Part shown: in pieces, positions 21,851 through 39,129 of the stretch
Position numbering within the stretch: the stretch's first letter is position 1
Layout of the letters: every line of letters starts with the position of its first letter
Origin: Eledone cirrhosa
Lineage: Eukaryota
Length of the DNA stretch: 64,000 bases
Direction of reading: 5' to 3'
Assembly (NCBI GenBank): GCA_964016885.1
Contig: OZ024743.1
Span: forward strand, 159,464,001 to 159,528,000
Notes under the pieces: generated by a model
Database searches by the model: none
Told to the model about the DNA's origin: nothing
What the model saw: only the letters and a program-made list of their open reading frames with translations
Program-made: the position numbers and the translations under genes

Positions 21851-24257
21851 TAATGGTGAAGAGATTTTAAAATGTATGAATGATTTGTTCGATCAAGCGG
21901 TAGTTTCAATCTGGTCAAGACCACTTTTCTAGAATGTATTTCGATTCATGTAAACAGCGAGTGGAGAATTGGAGGTCATATACGACTAGGAACATGCTAT
22001 TAAATGGAAAATCCTAAAAAACTAAGACCGTACATAAAATGGTTGCACCGATGTTACCACTGCACATACGACAGAGGGAGGATTTTAAAGATGTTAACCT
22101 CTAATAAGAAATGCCTGAATACCACCCTCTGACTATTACTTTTGAATTTTAATTTTTAATTATATTATTATTATTATTATGAAGTTACGTTAATTATAAT
22201 TTTAGAGTTACCTCAGCTTTTTAATAACTTATTACTCTTAAATAATTAACTTTAACTCTTATTTCTAAAGTTCTCTCTCCCTTACTATCTACGACTCCTT
22301 GTTTTTAATTTGAAGCATCCATTTTCTCTATAATTAAACATATTTAAGATGACTAAATTTAGTTATTAAAAAGCACGTTTTTTCAATTATCAGTTATTTG
22401 TGTTCTTTCTAGTGTAATTGACTATCTATCTATCTATTCAATTGTTATTTGTTATTTTATTAATAGTTTTATTTTCATATACCTGTATGTAAACTCCCCA
22501 TTTGTATTTGTCCCCTTCTTCTGGGCCCTTGTGTCTAATAAAGAAATGTATCTATATATCTCTCTATATATATTTATACACACACACAAACACACATACA
22601 CAGACACACACGCACACAGACACACACACACACACACATTCATACATACATATATATATATATGCATTAACAGTATAATAAATAAATTCTCAACTTAGTA
22701 TGATTAGTATAAAATTAAAAAGCACATTCTTTATTACTGCGAAATTGTACTAGGTATATTTTCGCAGTTCTTAAACATAATGGTTCTGATGTAAAGGATT
22801 GATAGTTCTTTCAATATGAATATTTTTATCATTATTTTATGAAATAAATATATGAGAGGACCATCGATCAATCTCTCAATCCACGATTTATGATTTTATA
22901 AAATTATTGACGTCACTGCAGACAGTAGTTTGGACGATATAGCCAGTGACTTCTGAAAAAACACGTTCGTTTATTATCGGTGTCAAAGAGAAATGGTGTT
23001 TTAATTACGGTGGATATGTTAATTTATGAGAGTCATGTCTTGCAAAACCCAATACGACACATTCATGTTCTCGATTATTTATCATACTAAGAGAATGATG
23101 ACCAAGTTCAATTCAGTCGATTGACTGGCCTGGTTTGGGTTTCTACTTAAAGTCCATTACTCATTTGTTTAGGTATTTAGCGGGTTGTGTTGTATTTATC
23201 CTATTTTCTCTTTCCATACAGATCTCAAATCTGTTTTACATATAAAGTTGATATTGATGAATTAAAAAATAACTATTGCTGGAGTGCGACGGGGAATTGA
23301 CTGTATTTACAATGGAGCAAGTCAACACGGTGTTTATAAAAAGAGTAGACTACACTTTTGTCAGGACGATAGTTTGAATTCTCATCCATTGTTATACAAC
23401 CTAAATTCAAAATTAGCTCTTACACAAATATTTGTATTGCTATTTGCGCTTACCAACATATATGAAGTAATGGTGAAGAGATTTTAAAATGTATGAATGA
23501 TTTTTTCGATCAAGCGATAGTTTCAATCTGATCAAGACCACTTTTCTAAAATGTATTTCGATTCATTTAAACAGCGAGTGGAGAATTGGAGGTCATATAC
23601 GACTAGGAACATGCTATTAAATGGAAAATCCTAAAAAATTAAGACCGTACATAAAATGGTTGCACCGATGTTACCACTGCACATACGACAGAGGGAGGAT
23701 TTTAAAGATGTTAACCTCTAATAAGAAATGCCTGAATACCACCCTCTGACTATTACTTTTGAATTTTAATTTTTAATTATATTATTATTATTATGAAGTT
23801 ACGTTAATTATAATTTTAGAGTTACCTCAGCATTTTAATAATAACTTATTACTCTTAAATAATTAACTTTACCTCTTATTTCTAAAGTTCTCTCTCCCTT
23901 AATATCTACGACTCCTTTGTTTTAAATTTGAAGAATCCATTTTCTCTATAATTAAACATATTTAAGATGACTAAATTTAGTTATTAAAAAGCACGTTTTT
24001 TCAATTATGAGTTATTTGTGTTCTTTCTAGTATAATTGACTATCTATCTATCTATTCAATTGTTATTTGTTATTTTATTAATAGTTTTATTTTCATATAC
24101 CTGTATGTAAACTCCCCATTTGTATTTGTCCCCTTCTTTTGTGCCCTTGTGTCTAATAAAGAAATGTATCTATCTATCTCTCTATATATATTTATACACA
24201 CACACAAACACACATACACAGACACACACGCACACAGACACCCACACACATTCATAC

Positions 24258-24297
<40 letters not shown>

Positions 24298-25120
24298 TCA
24301 CAGTATATTAAATAAATTCTCAACTTAGTATGATTAGTATAAAATTAAAAAGCACATTCTTTATTACTGCGAAATTGTACTAGGTATATTATCGCAGTTC
24401 TTAAACATAATGGTTCTGATGTAAAGTATAGATAGTTCTTGCAATATGAGTATTTTTATCATTATTTTATGAAATAAATATATGAGAGGACCATCGATCA
24501 ATCTCTCAATCCACGATTTATGATTTTATAAAATTATTGACGTCACTGCAGACAGTAGTTTGGACGATATAGCCAGTGACTTCTGAAAAAACACGTTCGT
24601 TTATTATCGGTGTCAAAGAGAAATGGTGTTTTAATTACGGTGGATATGTTAATTTATGAGAGTCACGTCTTGCAAAAGCCAATACGACACATTCATGTTC
24701 TCGATTATTTATCATACTGAGAGAATGATGACCAACTTACCTTGGATTAGACGCGAAGTTCAATTCAGTCGATTGACTGGCCTGGTTTGGGTTTCTACTT
24801 AAAGTCCATTACTCATTTATTTAGATATTTAGCGGGTTGTGTTGTATTTATCCTATTTTCTCTTTCCATACAGATCACAAATCTGTTTTACATATAAAGT
24901 TGATATTGATGAATTAAAAAATAACTATTGATAGAGTGCAACGGGGAATTGACTGTATTTACAATGGAGCAAGCCAACACGGTGTTTATAAAAAGAGTAG
25001 ACTACACTTTTGTCAGGACGATAGTTTGAATTTTCATCCATTGGTATCCAACCTAAATTCAAAATTAGCTCTTACAGAAATATTTTTATTGCTACTTGCG
25101 CTTACCAACATATATGAAGT
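21851..25120 (+). repeat. Direct tandem duplication of ~1.6 kb (21851-23467, 23468-25120)
   Basis: Both copies start taatggtgaagagattttaaaatg and end ttaccaacatatatgaag, with scattered substitutions and indels. Confidence 0.92.
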
Positions 25121-26540
25121 AGCAGCATGAGGTTAGTCAAGATTATAGCTGAAACCGTTGCCTTGTATAACAATGTTTGAAACACCTGTCAATAAGCTAT
25201 TTCTTCCAAGATTAAACATAGATCAACAGTTGTGTTTCTGTATGAGAGGAGTAATGTCCTCCACTCTAGTGATGGAATAATCCGAAAATAGAATGGTTTG
25301 ATAGACATGAAAAAGGAAATTTACTTCGCTTTTCCTCTAGGCATTATTTTTACGTCTCTTCTACTCAGATTATCTGCTGCGGAACTAGTAGATTAAGCCA
25401 CTTTTCTTCCAGGCACTTCTCAGCCAGCTCAAAACGTCAATCATTAACGAGGAACCATGCAGAATAAAAAGTAATCATTGCATCTACGCAGTTCAATTGT
25501 TGACAATTACACAATACAACATTACAACTTATTATAGGTGTTACAAATACACATCTTTTGTTTTCCTTACACCTTAAAAGAAAGGGTTACAAGATTAATG
25601 AAGACTGAAACACAATAAATGCAAAAGTTCTATCGTAAATACATCTGCAGGTTAAAATTACAGCCATAAACTATTATAAGTAGCTATTCCAATTTTATAG
25701 GCGATATACGTTTCAACACCATACACGCATTTACTGTCACATGACTTTGCATTTTACTTCAGAAGAATTGTAGGTTTCAGCTGGACGAAGGAATAGCAGC
25801 GAATATGATCTACACAAGGTCCGTTAGTCGCCACAATAAAAACTACATTTCATTGGAAATATTACTCTGCTATCGGAAAACGATACATGCCTACACTTTA
25901 CAGATGATTATTTTCAGGTGGGGGTACATAGTCTCAAGAGATCTGGAAGAGCTAAACACACAAACAAGGCCCATTTATATAAATGCATATAAATATATGC
26001 GTGTGTGCATATATATATGCATGTTTGTAATTAGGCACTGTTATGTCAGTGAAAAGCAAGATAATCATATAATACATATGTACATAAAATATATATCATA
26101 TATAATACATATGTACATAAAATATATATCATATATAATACATATGTACATACAATATATATCATAGGCAACTTTAACAAATGGAATTGCTTAAACATAT
26201 AAATTGAAAATCATCAAGTGAAGTGATAATCAAGGAAGTTCATAATATTACAAGAACGTGATTAAATTTGCCCTGGGTGTGTGTGCCCTCTCCCAAGTCC
26301 AGCCATTACCTGAAACCGAGAGGTGAGCGCCACCATTGAAATCAAATTCTTTGTTCTGAAGAAGAAGAAGAAGAAGAAGAAGAAGAAGAAGAAGAAGAAG
26401 AAGAAGAAGAAACAAAAAACATTCGAGGATCAAAATATCGGAAAGGAAACTGTTTTTGGAAAATGAGGAGGAGATTGCGGTAATGGCAATGATGATTAAG
26501 ATGATTATGATGGTAACGATGAGGCAGACTGTAATATTTG

Positions 26541-26717
26541 CTTCTACTTTTGGCACAAGGCCAGCAATCATCCAGTGCATTACTGGTACTTTATTTTATC
26601 GACCCCGTAAGGATGAAAGGCGAAGTCAACCTTGGCGGGATTTGAACTCAGATCGTAAAGGGACGTAACTATGCTGGAAAGCATGGCGTCCGACCCTCTA
26701 CCGATACTGCCAATCCA
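26541..26717 (-). mobile_element. tRNA-derived SINE; other copies at 30432-30552 (+), 43163-43335 (+), 53044-53146 (-), 62202-62380 (+) and a head at 63040-63090 (+)
   Basis: A box tggcagtatcgg, B box gagttcaaatcc, and conserved body tttcatccttacggggtcgataaaataaagtaccagt in several copies. Confidence 0.85.
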
Positions 26718-27267
26718 ATGGTGAGAAGATGATTGAAGAAGAGGCGATGACTGAGGATATGGCTAACGCCTTGTTATCAACAATGTTGAAAACGATATTA
26801 ATGCTGGTTATGTAGATGATGAGTATTGTTTGACACTGTTACCTAAAATCAAATGCTTGTCATATTTGACACGCCTTATATTTATGATATCCGTTATCCT
26901 TGAATCAAAATTGCTAACTAATGTGACAAATTAGTTAAGACATATTTTTTGCGCTATGTCAAGCCAACAATAATGCATAATGCGTTTTTACATTTGAATA
27001 AGAGATTCGTTTGATTAGAACAAGGCGAATGTTTGTAAATGAGGTGCGTAATTGATAGAATTTGTCTAGAATATTACTGGTACGAGAGAAATAAATCTTA
27101 ATAATTAGTCATAAAGAATGATAGTTTTCCAGGTAATCTATGATGCAAGTGATGTTTAAATATTGCAAAATTACGATGGATTAAATGAATGATGAGAAAT
27201 AGATAGATATTTTAGATAGTCTTCAACGTTCTTAACCACTCATTCATATCGACGTACGGACACAACG

Positions 27268-27317
<50 letters not shown>

Positions 27318-27361
27318 GGAGAATAGGATTGGTGGCTGTATATTTGTTAGTTAAGTTAAGC

Positions 27362-28032
27362 TTAAAAATGGAATGAGAATAAGAAGAAAGCAAGAACGGG
27401 GGGGGGGGGGAGTTTTCCTCTCGGATATTTCAACGCTTTAAAGACAATATATCTACCCAAGAGCTTCCAATAAATGGGTAAGTTATTGGAAAAACGGAAG
27501 GAGGAAGGAAGGAAAATAGAAGGGAAAAAGGAAAAAGGGACGAAAAGAGAAAACAGCGAAAAAAACAAACAAACCGAGGAATGTGTGACCAACTTAGGGT
27601 AAGAAAATCCAAGAGCACAGCGGTAACAGAACTCCCTCTCTCTCTGTCAGCCACCTCATGGTTTCCCTCGCCTGACCCTCTAGCAGTCCTTTTCTCACTT
27701 ACACTCGCTGGGGTCAGCCGTGTCTTTTTGTTCGCCCACACGCTCTCGAACCTAAGTTGTGTTACCGCTGTGGTCTTGGATTTTCTTACTCTAACTTGTC
27801 CGCACATTCCTCGGTTTGTTGTTTTTTTCGCTGTTTTCTCTTTTCTTCCCTTTCCCTTCTATTTTCTCTTCCTCCTTCCTTCGTTTTCCCAATAACTTAC
27901 CCAGTTATAGAACGCTCTGGGGGTAGATATATTATCTTTAAAGCGTTGAAATATCCGAGACCTCCAGTAGACAACTGATGAGGAAAGCTCCCACTCCTTT
28001 CTTGCTTTCTTCTTATTCTCATTCCATTTTAA
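27362..28032. repeat. Inverted repeat with ~270-bp arms (27362-27633, 27755-28032) between microsatellites
   Basis: Arms are diverged reverse complements (also seen as mirrored ORFs). Confidence 0.85.
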
Positions 28033-28034
28033 AG

Positions 28035-28195
<161 letters not shown>

Positions 28196-28249
28196 ACAAA
28201 GTAAACAGAAATAACAAAACAAGCGACACAATACAGTGAAGAAATATAT

Positions 28250-29220
28250 TAGTTTAACGCTTGCAAAAATAGGAAAGGTGTTTTAATCTTTCAGGCACTA
28301 GTCCTTCACCAGAAGATAGAATGAGAAAGAAAAGATGAAATAGAAAGATTTAGTGTGAGAAGAGGAAGGAACGGGGAAAATATTGAGAGAAAAAATGCAC
28401 ACGTGCGTATTCAGTCAACCATTTTGGTGATATGTTGGTCATATATATATATGTATATACAAACTGTCATACTAATGACCAGGCTACACAAATCAATATA
28501 TAGCTTAACCGCAAAACTCCATAACTTATGAAGTCTAGTAGAAGTTCAACAGAAGATATCGAGTCTTTGTGAATATATATATACATACTTTTATGTTTTT
28601 ATATATATGCCTTTATGTTCTTTATTCTTGATGTGAAATTGTGCAGTGAAACAGATATTGTTATATTTGGTGATAGTTATGTTGATAATATTGCTAATAA
28701 AATCACATGTGCTTTTTCATATTCACCTCAGCTTTTTTAATAGTTATTAGTTATTTTGTCAAATTCTTTCCTCACTCAATCTGTGACCTCCTCAATGACT
28801 ATTACTTTATCTCTGAGCCACCTCTTCTTGCTGCTCTCACTTTCTTCATTGTGGTTTTATTGGCAAAATTGATCATCCACAAATAGAGCATTGTATGCTT
28901 TGTTTTTTATTTTTATTTGTCTTTCAAGATTTCTTATCAGAAACCGTGTGTTGAAACAGGATGTCTGAAACCCGTTTCATAGTTCAGGAAACAGCTTTTA
29001 AACTAGCTCGCAGACATTTTTACATTGGTATAGGCTTCCGATAGATGGTTTTGGTTAGTGGGTGTGGTCATTTCTGCTTCATATATCACCGCTGGATTGT
29101 TAAACTGTTGGTCTAGGGATCATAAGCAAAGCTGTGGAAGCGGATTGGGGCTCACAGTGTAACGGGCGAAGGCTTCAAGAACACTCTTTGTCGATTCAAT
29201 TTGGATTACCTCAGGAACTG
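28250..29220 (-). mobile_element. Highly degenerate PLE GIY-YIG fragment with a decayed HHR (28250-28318)
   Basis: Minus strand reads PAVIYEAEMTT..FKS.FLNYETGFRHP..QCSIC; HHR relic CUGGUGA-agg/cct-GAAA..GCGUU. Confidence 0.55.
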
Positions 29221-29300
29221 TTATTTACTTCAATCAAGATTTGAACTTTTAATTTCTAACTTTCAACCTTACTACCAATTTTAATTTCCATCGAAATATG

Positions 29301-29592
<292 letters not shown>

Positions 29593-29595
<3 letters not shown>

Positions 29596-30699
29596 AACAG
29601 GCACACAGTCAAGTTCTCTTTCTCAACAAAACCGAACCTTGAGAGCTTGATAATGGCCATCAAACGAAAACAGTTCGGGAATATCACCACCCATGGTAGC
29701 TCTACTCTGCACCCAACCACCAACGCCGCGTTGCAAGCGAATCTGACAGTTCCAATCATCGGAAAAACAACCAGCCAAACCACGCCATGGACCTGCCACA
29801 AACCAGCCTCACACAGCAGCCAGAGACCCGCGCCCCCATGACTCTGAAGTGCAACTGCAGATCCCGTACGGAGAGATCGCTTCAAAACAACTGCTTGTTC
29901 TCCGGTAACATAAACACATGCACCATTCATGTGAAAAACAGTAGAAAATATGTATTCATTGGTGCAACCGGCGACTATTTTAAATCCCGTTTGTATAACC
30001 ATGCCTGGTCCTTCAGACATCGGCATAAAAGATCGCAAATCAGTCTGTCTGAGCAGGTATAGCGGCTAAAGGTCGGTAACATCACCTTAGAAAGGAATGG
30101 GATGTCAGAAGATGAGCACCTCCGCTCGACTTAGGAAGACGACACTGCCGGCTGTGTCTTGTGGAAGGAGTGGGAATGATAAAACTGAAAAAACACGGTA
30201 TAAACGCGAGGCCTGAAATCGTGATGAACTGTTTGCACCAGCGTGTCCACCTGTTCAACAGATACCTGGATGAGCAGAACCTAAGGAATACCAAGTAATT
30301 CACAGCCATACGTCGACCAAACACACAGGCAGCGAAATAAATTTATTTGGACACTCTTCTGCTACTTATAACTTTATATATGTATCTGTACACCATCTCT
30401 TAATTATTACTGTCATTATTATTACTTCTGCTTACGATCTGAGTTCAGATCCCGCCGAGGTTGACTTTGCTTTTCATCCTTACGGGGTCGATAAAATAAA
30501 GTACCAGTAATATATTGGGACATTGCTAGCCTTGTGCCTAAAGTAGAAACAGTTATTATTACTTCTGCTAAATGTATGTAGATTGGTGTATGTGGGGGCG
30601 CGCACCGGTGCCCCCCCCCCACGTGACTCCACACATATATATGCAGATGTATGTCTGTTTATATGTGTATATCGGTACAGACACACGCATGTGTATGCG

Positions 30700-30770
<71 letters not shown>

Positions 30771-31560
30771 ATGTATGTGTATATGTATGGATATGTGTGT
30801 GTATGTGTATATGTGTTTATATGTGTGTGTGTACGTGTATATATATACGTGTGTGTATACATGTATGTATGTATATGAGAGTGTATGTGTGTATATATGT
30901 GTGGATCTGTGTATGTGTGTGTGTGCGTACATTATGTGCGTGCGTGGGCTACTGTGTCAGTGTGTATGGATATGTATATGTCTGAGCGCCTCTGTACATC
31001 TATGCCCACCCGTCTATGTCTGTAGAATTTCTACATCTTTAATTCTTCTTGTTAATATTATCTACAACCAGGCAACACCTTTATTTAATTCTTTGACAAA
31101 AACTTAAACTGTCTTTACTGACACGGTAAACTAGCACCGGGCTGTCGAAGCTCCTCCTTCCTGTTTATACGAAAACAAGATTTTGACTGGCCCATACACA
31201 TTCCAAAACGCGCCCACACGCGCACACACACATACACAGAGGAATCCTTAATTGCTCACGCGTTCACACAAACACGCACATGAATATCATTGAATACACA
31301 CCCGCATTGCTGCTCTACCAATTACGTCAAAATACACACATATGGCCACACACAAAAGGATAGGGCTGATGCCTATATATATATACCTTCTCAGCTCACA
31401 TACCACAACAAATATATATATTTTGTCGCATCACCAGTTTGAGGAGCAGATCGATACTGGCGTCGGGTCCATAACTCCTATGGGTCATCTTGAGCCAATC
31501 ATCTGCGAAACAGGCGTAACAGATTGATACGCAATAAATATATACAGAGTCGTTGTTGGA
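29593..31560 (+). mobile_element. Degenerate PLE GIY-YIG fragment, with an HHR-like motif at 31435-31522
   Basis: VKFSFST.PN, CNC..QNNC, FIGATGDYFKSRLYNH, CRLC..CLH. HHR-like: UUGAGGA-gcagat/atctgc-GAAA-CAGGCG-UA. Linking the HHR to this copy is inferred. Confidence 0.7.
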
Positions 31561-34147
31561 TAGACAGACGGATTGTATGATAGACAATTAATTCTAAGAT
31601 AATGTGCAATTTAAATTAAACATTTTACTTACCACAATTTGTATCAGTGTTCTTGGAAGAAAGATTCTACTTCAATTGGTAATGGCAACATCAAGAATGA
31701 TAGTATCCACTTATATTCGGTATCTACAAAAAAGAAAAATAGATGTAACGATATAATATATAGATAGCGGAATCATGTTATTATCAATAACCAAATCACG
31801 TGCTCTTTTATCATGTTACAGCGTTGGATAAGTCTGTTACAGACTTTCATGTTCAAATCTATCTGAGACTTTCGCTTTCATCCTTCAGTGATAGATAAAG
31901 TAAGTTCCGTTCAATTACTGGGTTCAATATAAACGATTGCTTAAATATGTACCTGTGTCAGAAATTATAATTTTGTTTTTGTTTCATGTAAAATCCTTTT
32001 TACCTTAAAACATTTTAAATTTCAGCGGAATGTTGACTTGTGTATACTTCCATTTACATCTAGGATGTTTCATTGGAACATCCCGACCTACGACTTAACT
32101 TGTGCTTTATTTTATTAGCTGTGGGAGAAGGAGCATAATTTTACTCGGCTAAAACCACAACGTAAATAACCGTAACTATATACGCAGGCGTTTTGCCCGA
32201 AAGCCTTTTACTAATAATATTGATTAGGGGCAATTGTGAAATGCAACACATTTTGGGGAAAAATTCCCCCAAAATGTGTGGCATTTCACAATGTAATTTA
32301 CCGTAGTACTTTATTTTTCTTTATAATGATTTGAACTCATAACTCACAATAGCGCAACAATCTATCAGGTTCGAAACATCCGACGTTTTGACGATTAACT
32401 CACATTTCCTAATTTCACTAATTACGAAAGTGGGTAATGGCTTCGAAAATCATTATTGCAGTCTATCATAAAGTTTACTTGTTGTTAAACGGTTGTGAAG
32501 ATATATGATCCGCATTTCAGACATGGATTGGAGTGGAATATAGGCAGATACGACGCAGTGACATGTCTAACACGATAAGGAACTGCCGATTTCTCGATCG
32601 CTAACAATTATAGAAGTTAAAATTAGATATATCAATTTCCCCCAACTTTGAACTGTTATTTTAGTCTTAAAAGGAAAATATGCATATGATATGGAAACAG
32701 CGAACAAAAACACAACAGAAATAATAACAAAAGAACATAAAATAAGACATAGGATTTTTATCTCGCATACGTGTTTAATAATTAAAGTTGCATGGGACAT
32801 TAAATCAATTGTTAGTAAATATATAATTTGTTCAAATGACAGAATTTCGATAGGGATTGGTATCAGATGCCGACAGTTAGTCGGGCATAGATATACAGTG
32901 TACGATTAATTATTCTATGCACAGACTCAAAGAAGCGTTTGTAAATATTTAACTAAAAACTTATAAGTTGGTAGTAGAATTTCGTCACCTAACCTTCATT
33001 TCGCCTATGTGTAGCACAGCAATGTTTCCCTAATATCGAATAAACTATATAAAATACTGTCAAACTGACAGGTAATGTGAATTGCTCACATATATTCTAA
33101 TGACATTATGAAAATCCTCGGATCATACAGAAGTTATAAAGACGTAGCTGTACGAATAACAAAATTATACCCTCCATCTTATTTGAGAAGAAACATTATT
33201 TTACACACTGCACGTTAAAATATAATATATAAACGATAATGATAAATCAAAGCCAAATGATATATACTTATAAAAATATTGGGGATCAAGGACAATTTAA
33301 TATTTTCAAAGCATATGGCAGAACATAGTAATATGGTTATGGACAACCGTTATTACATATTTATGACAATACATGAAGAACCTCATACATTACAGCACAA
33401 GCACACATGAGACAAGAGTGATTTATGTTTAAAATTAAAGATTTAGCTACAGATATGACTGTGTGATTAAGAAGTTCTCTTGACGACCACAGGACACTCA
33501 AACTGCACCAATTTGGGCTAGCATTTAAGGAAAATGCGCTCAGTCGTCTAATGATTTTTCAGTGGAATAGGTCAAGAGCAGAATGTGCAAACGAACGTTA
33601 TATACATACACAAACCGAAAAGGAATCCGAAAAATCGGTGTTTTACGACCGAAATCCCCTTGTTCATTAGACCTACAGTCTTTCTCATGTCACTGCCTCC
33701 GATCGGAAAACAGTAAACTAGAGGATGTTCATTTGTAACCTATAAGCAATTATGCTATTATCAACAAAACAGCAATAAAAGAACAAACAGAAAGCTGTTA
33801 CGTTGTGAATTTTACATGAAACCATTAAGGCTCAATCTGTCTGTAATTAAACTTGCCAGAAATATTCATGTTTGTTGCAAGTGATGTAGCAAAACTGGGT
33901 ATATTGGAAGATGTTTAATACATTTTAGGTTGCTATCAATAGACATAATTTGGGCGAGAAGTGCCACCACAACCTCATGGTTCAAAGTTCGATAACATTG
34001 ATAAAAAAAAACATTGCTAAATATTTATACATCGCATTTTCTTACTATACTTTTTACAAAAAAATCACTCACAAGGCATTATGATATATTTATCACTCAA
34101 GGAACACCTTGTTGACATTGATGAAAGGATCAATTATATATATATAA

Positions 34148-34265
<118 letters not shown>

Positions 34266-34297
34266 AACAAGTAAGACCCCAACGGCTTGAGCTCAGT

Positions 34298-34504
34298 GAT
34301 TTACTCGTTTTATTTACAATCCTTTAACATTTATAATGGTATTAGAATGAAATAGTATGGTAGAATATTAAAAGTTAAGTGTTAATTGAACAAGTACTTT
34401 CATTTTTTCGCAATCTTCAGGATCATATTCTTTGGTGACAGTCAAGTTTGCAATTTTCAACTGTGAATACATTTTAAAGGATTGTAAATAAAACGAGTAA
34501 ATCT
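34298..34504. mobile_element. Short inverted-repeat element with a minimal minus-strand HHR (34387-34425)
   Basis: Arms gatttactcgttttatttacaatcc and its reverse complement. Motif: tgatc-CUGAAGA-..-GAAA-GUAC-UU-gttca; stem II is weak. Confidence 0.6.
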
Positions 34505-34561
34505 AACAAAGTTGGAATTCCTTTTATTAATATAATCTTCTATACACAATCATACACACCA

Positions 34562-35940
<1,379 letters not shown>

Positions 35941-36235
35941 AACATATATCAATATCCTGAGATGATTACGTAATAGCGCTTGTGTAATTTCAAGGAATGA
36001 CTTTTTCACGTTGGCCCCACGTCTGGAAACACCTATTACATAATTACAAAGCTCCAACTTGACTAACTTCAACAATCTATAATATTTTGAGTAACATGAA
36101 TAATTTATTCCGAGCATCCACAGTTATCTCCCTTACATCGATCTATGGTGGGTTTACCTATACTGGGAGAAGTGACTGTTTCTGCACATGCGTATTCGTA
36201 CAGTTATTTTTCCTTTTCTGTACAACTTCATTTAC

Positions 36236-36278
36236 ACCGAGCTGATGATCCGATTAAGGTGAAACAATTGTTCTCGGT
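36236..36278 (+). ncRNA. Minimal type I HHR
   Basis: accgag-CUGAUGA-tcc-gattaa-ggt-GAAA-CAAUUG-UU-ctcggt, followed by (CT)n. Confidence 0.85.
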
Positions 36279-36309
36279 AAAGGTGAACTAACTGATGTGG
36301 AACTACCCC

Positions 36310-36376
<67 letters not shown>

Positions 36377-36827
36377 ATTTTAGATCATGGACCACAGGCC
36401 TCGCGCACCAGGACTGAACAGAATCTGATTCAATTCCTTGGGTCCTATTTCCCTCATGGATTCAATTCACCTCTCTATTATCACAGGCGCTTGTACATTC
36501 ACTCCTGATCAGAAACATATTCTCTTACAACTAATACAGACCGACAAAATATGCACACTCCACTTTTCCCTTCACAGTTCTGTATATACACAAACACACC
36601 CTTATATTAACACAATTTTGCTCACAGCTTCGTACTTACAAGCTCACACACATACACTTTTACTTGCATATGCACACACATTTCTTCTTAGCTTCGTACG
36701 GACGTATAATAACACACACACACGCGCACACACCAACACACACACACACACACACACACACCCACATATATGCATACGCACGGGCACAAGTTTAGCTCTT
36801 TTACCAAAACTTTTTTTTTCCATTTCA

Positions 36828-37428
<601 letters not shown>

Positions 37429-37742
37429 ATAATAATAGTAATAGTTTGCTTCTAAATTGATACATATATCGTTTACAAATATATTATTTCTTAGATTCTA
37501 TGACGAGAAGTTTATTGAGATTTTTACTGAGACACATTATCGAGATATATTTTATATGTATTGTTTAAACCTAAAATTTACTTATATATATAACAAAGGA
37601 GGCGTGGTAAGGAGCCAGCTGGACCATAACGCACCAGAGTACTCAATACTGAGGGTAGTAGAGTGGGCAGCAGGAAAAAGTTTGACCTGTCGAAACGGCT
37701 TGAGCTCTGCCGTCGGGGTCAAACGTTTTCTTATTTCTTATA

Positions 37743-37847
<105 letters not shown>

Positions 37848-38419
37848 ATCTATCCATGTACTTTTCCTGACGTTCATGTCCTATAAATAGCCATCCAAAT
37901 CCCTATACATTACCAGATATCTCCCTTTAACAGTTACATCAATATTATATTTTTAAAAAATTCATCAACTAGTGTAATATAACGGTTATCTTTGTTCATA
38001 GTAATAAATCAGAATCTGCTTCGCGTCATATTGAAATGTAACTTCCACTCACCCTTTAGAGTTTTTCTTTCAGCGTATTTCGCTTCTTTATATTTTATTT
38101 TCTGGTTATTTTTTGCTTCCTTCTTTGCAAATGCTGTACACCATTTTATTCCATTTTTGACTAACTGTGTTATGCTTCGTGGCAATGCCGAAACGATTGT
38201 AAGGCATTATATAAGATAAGAAACATATTCTATCCTTCTGTTTGGTTAGATATGCTCTGTGTTTACGCTTATCTTACCATATCTTTCTTCTTTGAAATAT
38301 TTGTCATATTACGCCATCTATATAAACCCATTAAGCTCTGTATTTAAGTATTTGGTAATCCTATCTTTACATGCAAAGAGTTATATATTTTTACCATTGC
38401 TGTATATATATGGTGATGG

Positions 38420-39125
38420 TGATAGCGTTGGTGGTGTTGGTGTTGTTGGGGAGATGATTGCGTGAGTGGTGTCTGCATTTGTTATTGTGGGTGTTTTGTA
38501 CTTTCTGGATTTTTTTTCTTTGTGTGTTTTCTTTTTTGCTTATTTGGGGATTTTGGTCTTCCCTCATTTTCACTACTGGAAGATGAGGGGTTGGTAGCTG
38601 TAAGTGTGTCTGTGTCTGTGTGTGTGTGTTTATGTTTTTGTTCATATGTGTATTTTGGGGATGGGGTTGGAGATCTTTCCTCGCTTCCTCCCTGGGTGCC
38701 CAATGCTGGTGGTGGCGTGTCCATTGGTGTTGTTGCTGGTGGTTCTGCCGATGCTGGTGATGGATGTGGTCCTCGATCCGGTGTCGGTAGCAGCGGGGAA
38801 CTTTACCCCCTTGCATTTTTCAATAGCTGAGGGCTGAAGACTCGCAAGTGTGTTGTTTCACCGCAAACGACAGTGTGGCCATTTGCCCTCAGTCATCACT
38901 TGTAGAACCATCCCATTCTGGAGATGGATCTACTCCGGGATGTTCCTTACTTCTTCGGGTTTCATCTGGAGAAGTATCTCAAGATCAACCCCAGGCCAGT
39001 CCTCTCTGTCTGTTCTTGTTTCCTCTATTGGAACGGCATCTATCTCCTTCACAATAGATAGATGGGCCAAAGCTACGTTCACAAGAAGAAGCTGCTGAGA
39101 AGTTCAGACATTAATCTTGATCGTG
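38420..39125 (-). mobile_element. Degenerate LINE ORF1-like relic with a zinc knuckle
   Basis: NIPE*IHLQNGMVLQVMTEGKWPHC then, after a frameshift, CGETTHL. Confidence 0.5.
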
Positions 39126-39129
39126 GGAA

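Noticed and set aside
25000-25450. Possible host exon on the minus strand
   Set aside because: Contains stops, with no recognisable domain or supportable splice structure.
26084-26412. Triple ~31-bp tandem repeat and (GAA)n tract
   Set aside because: Ordinary mini- and microsatellites.
27975-27995. CUGAUGA-G-GAAAGCUC as an HHR
   Set aside because: No stem II or stem I, and the opposite arm lacks the core.
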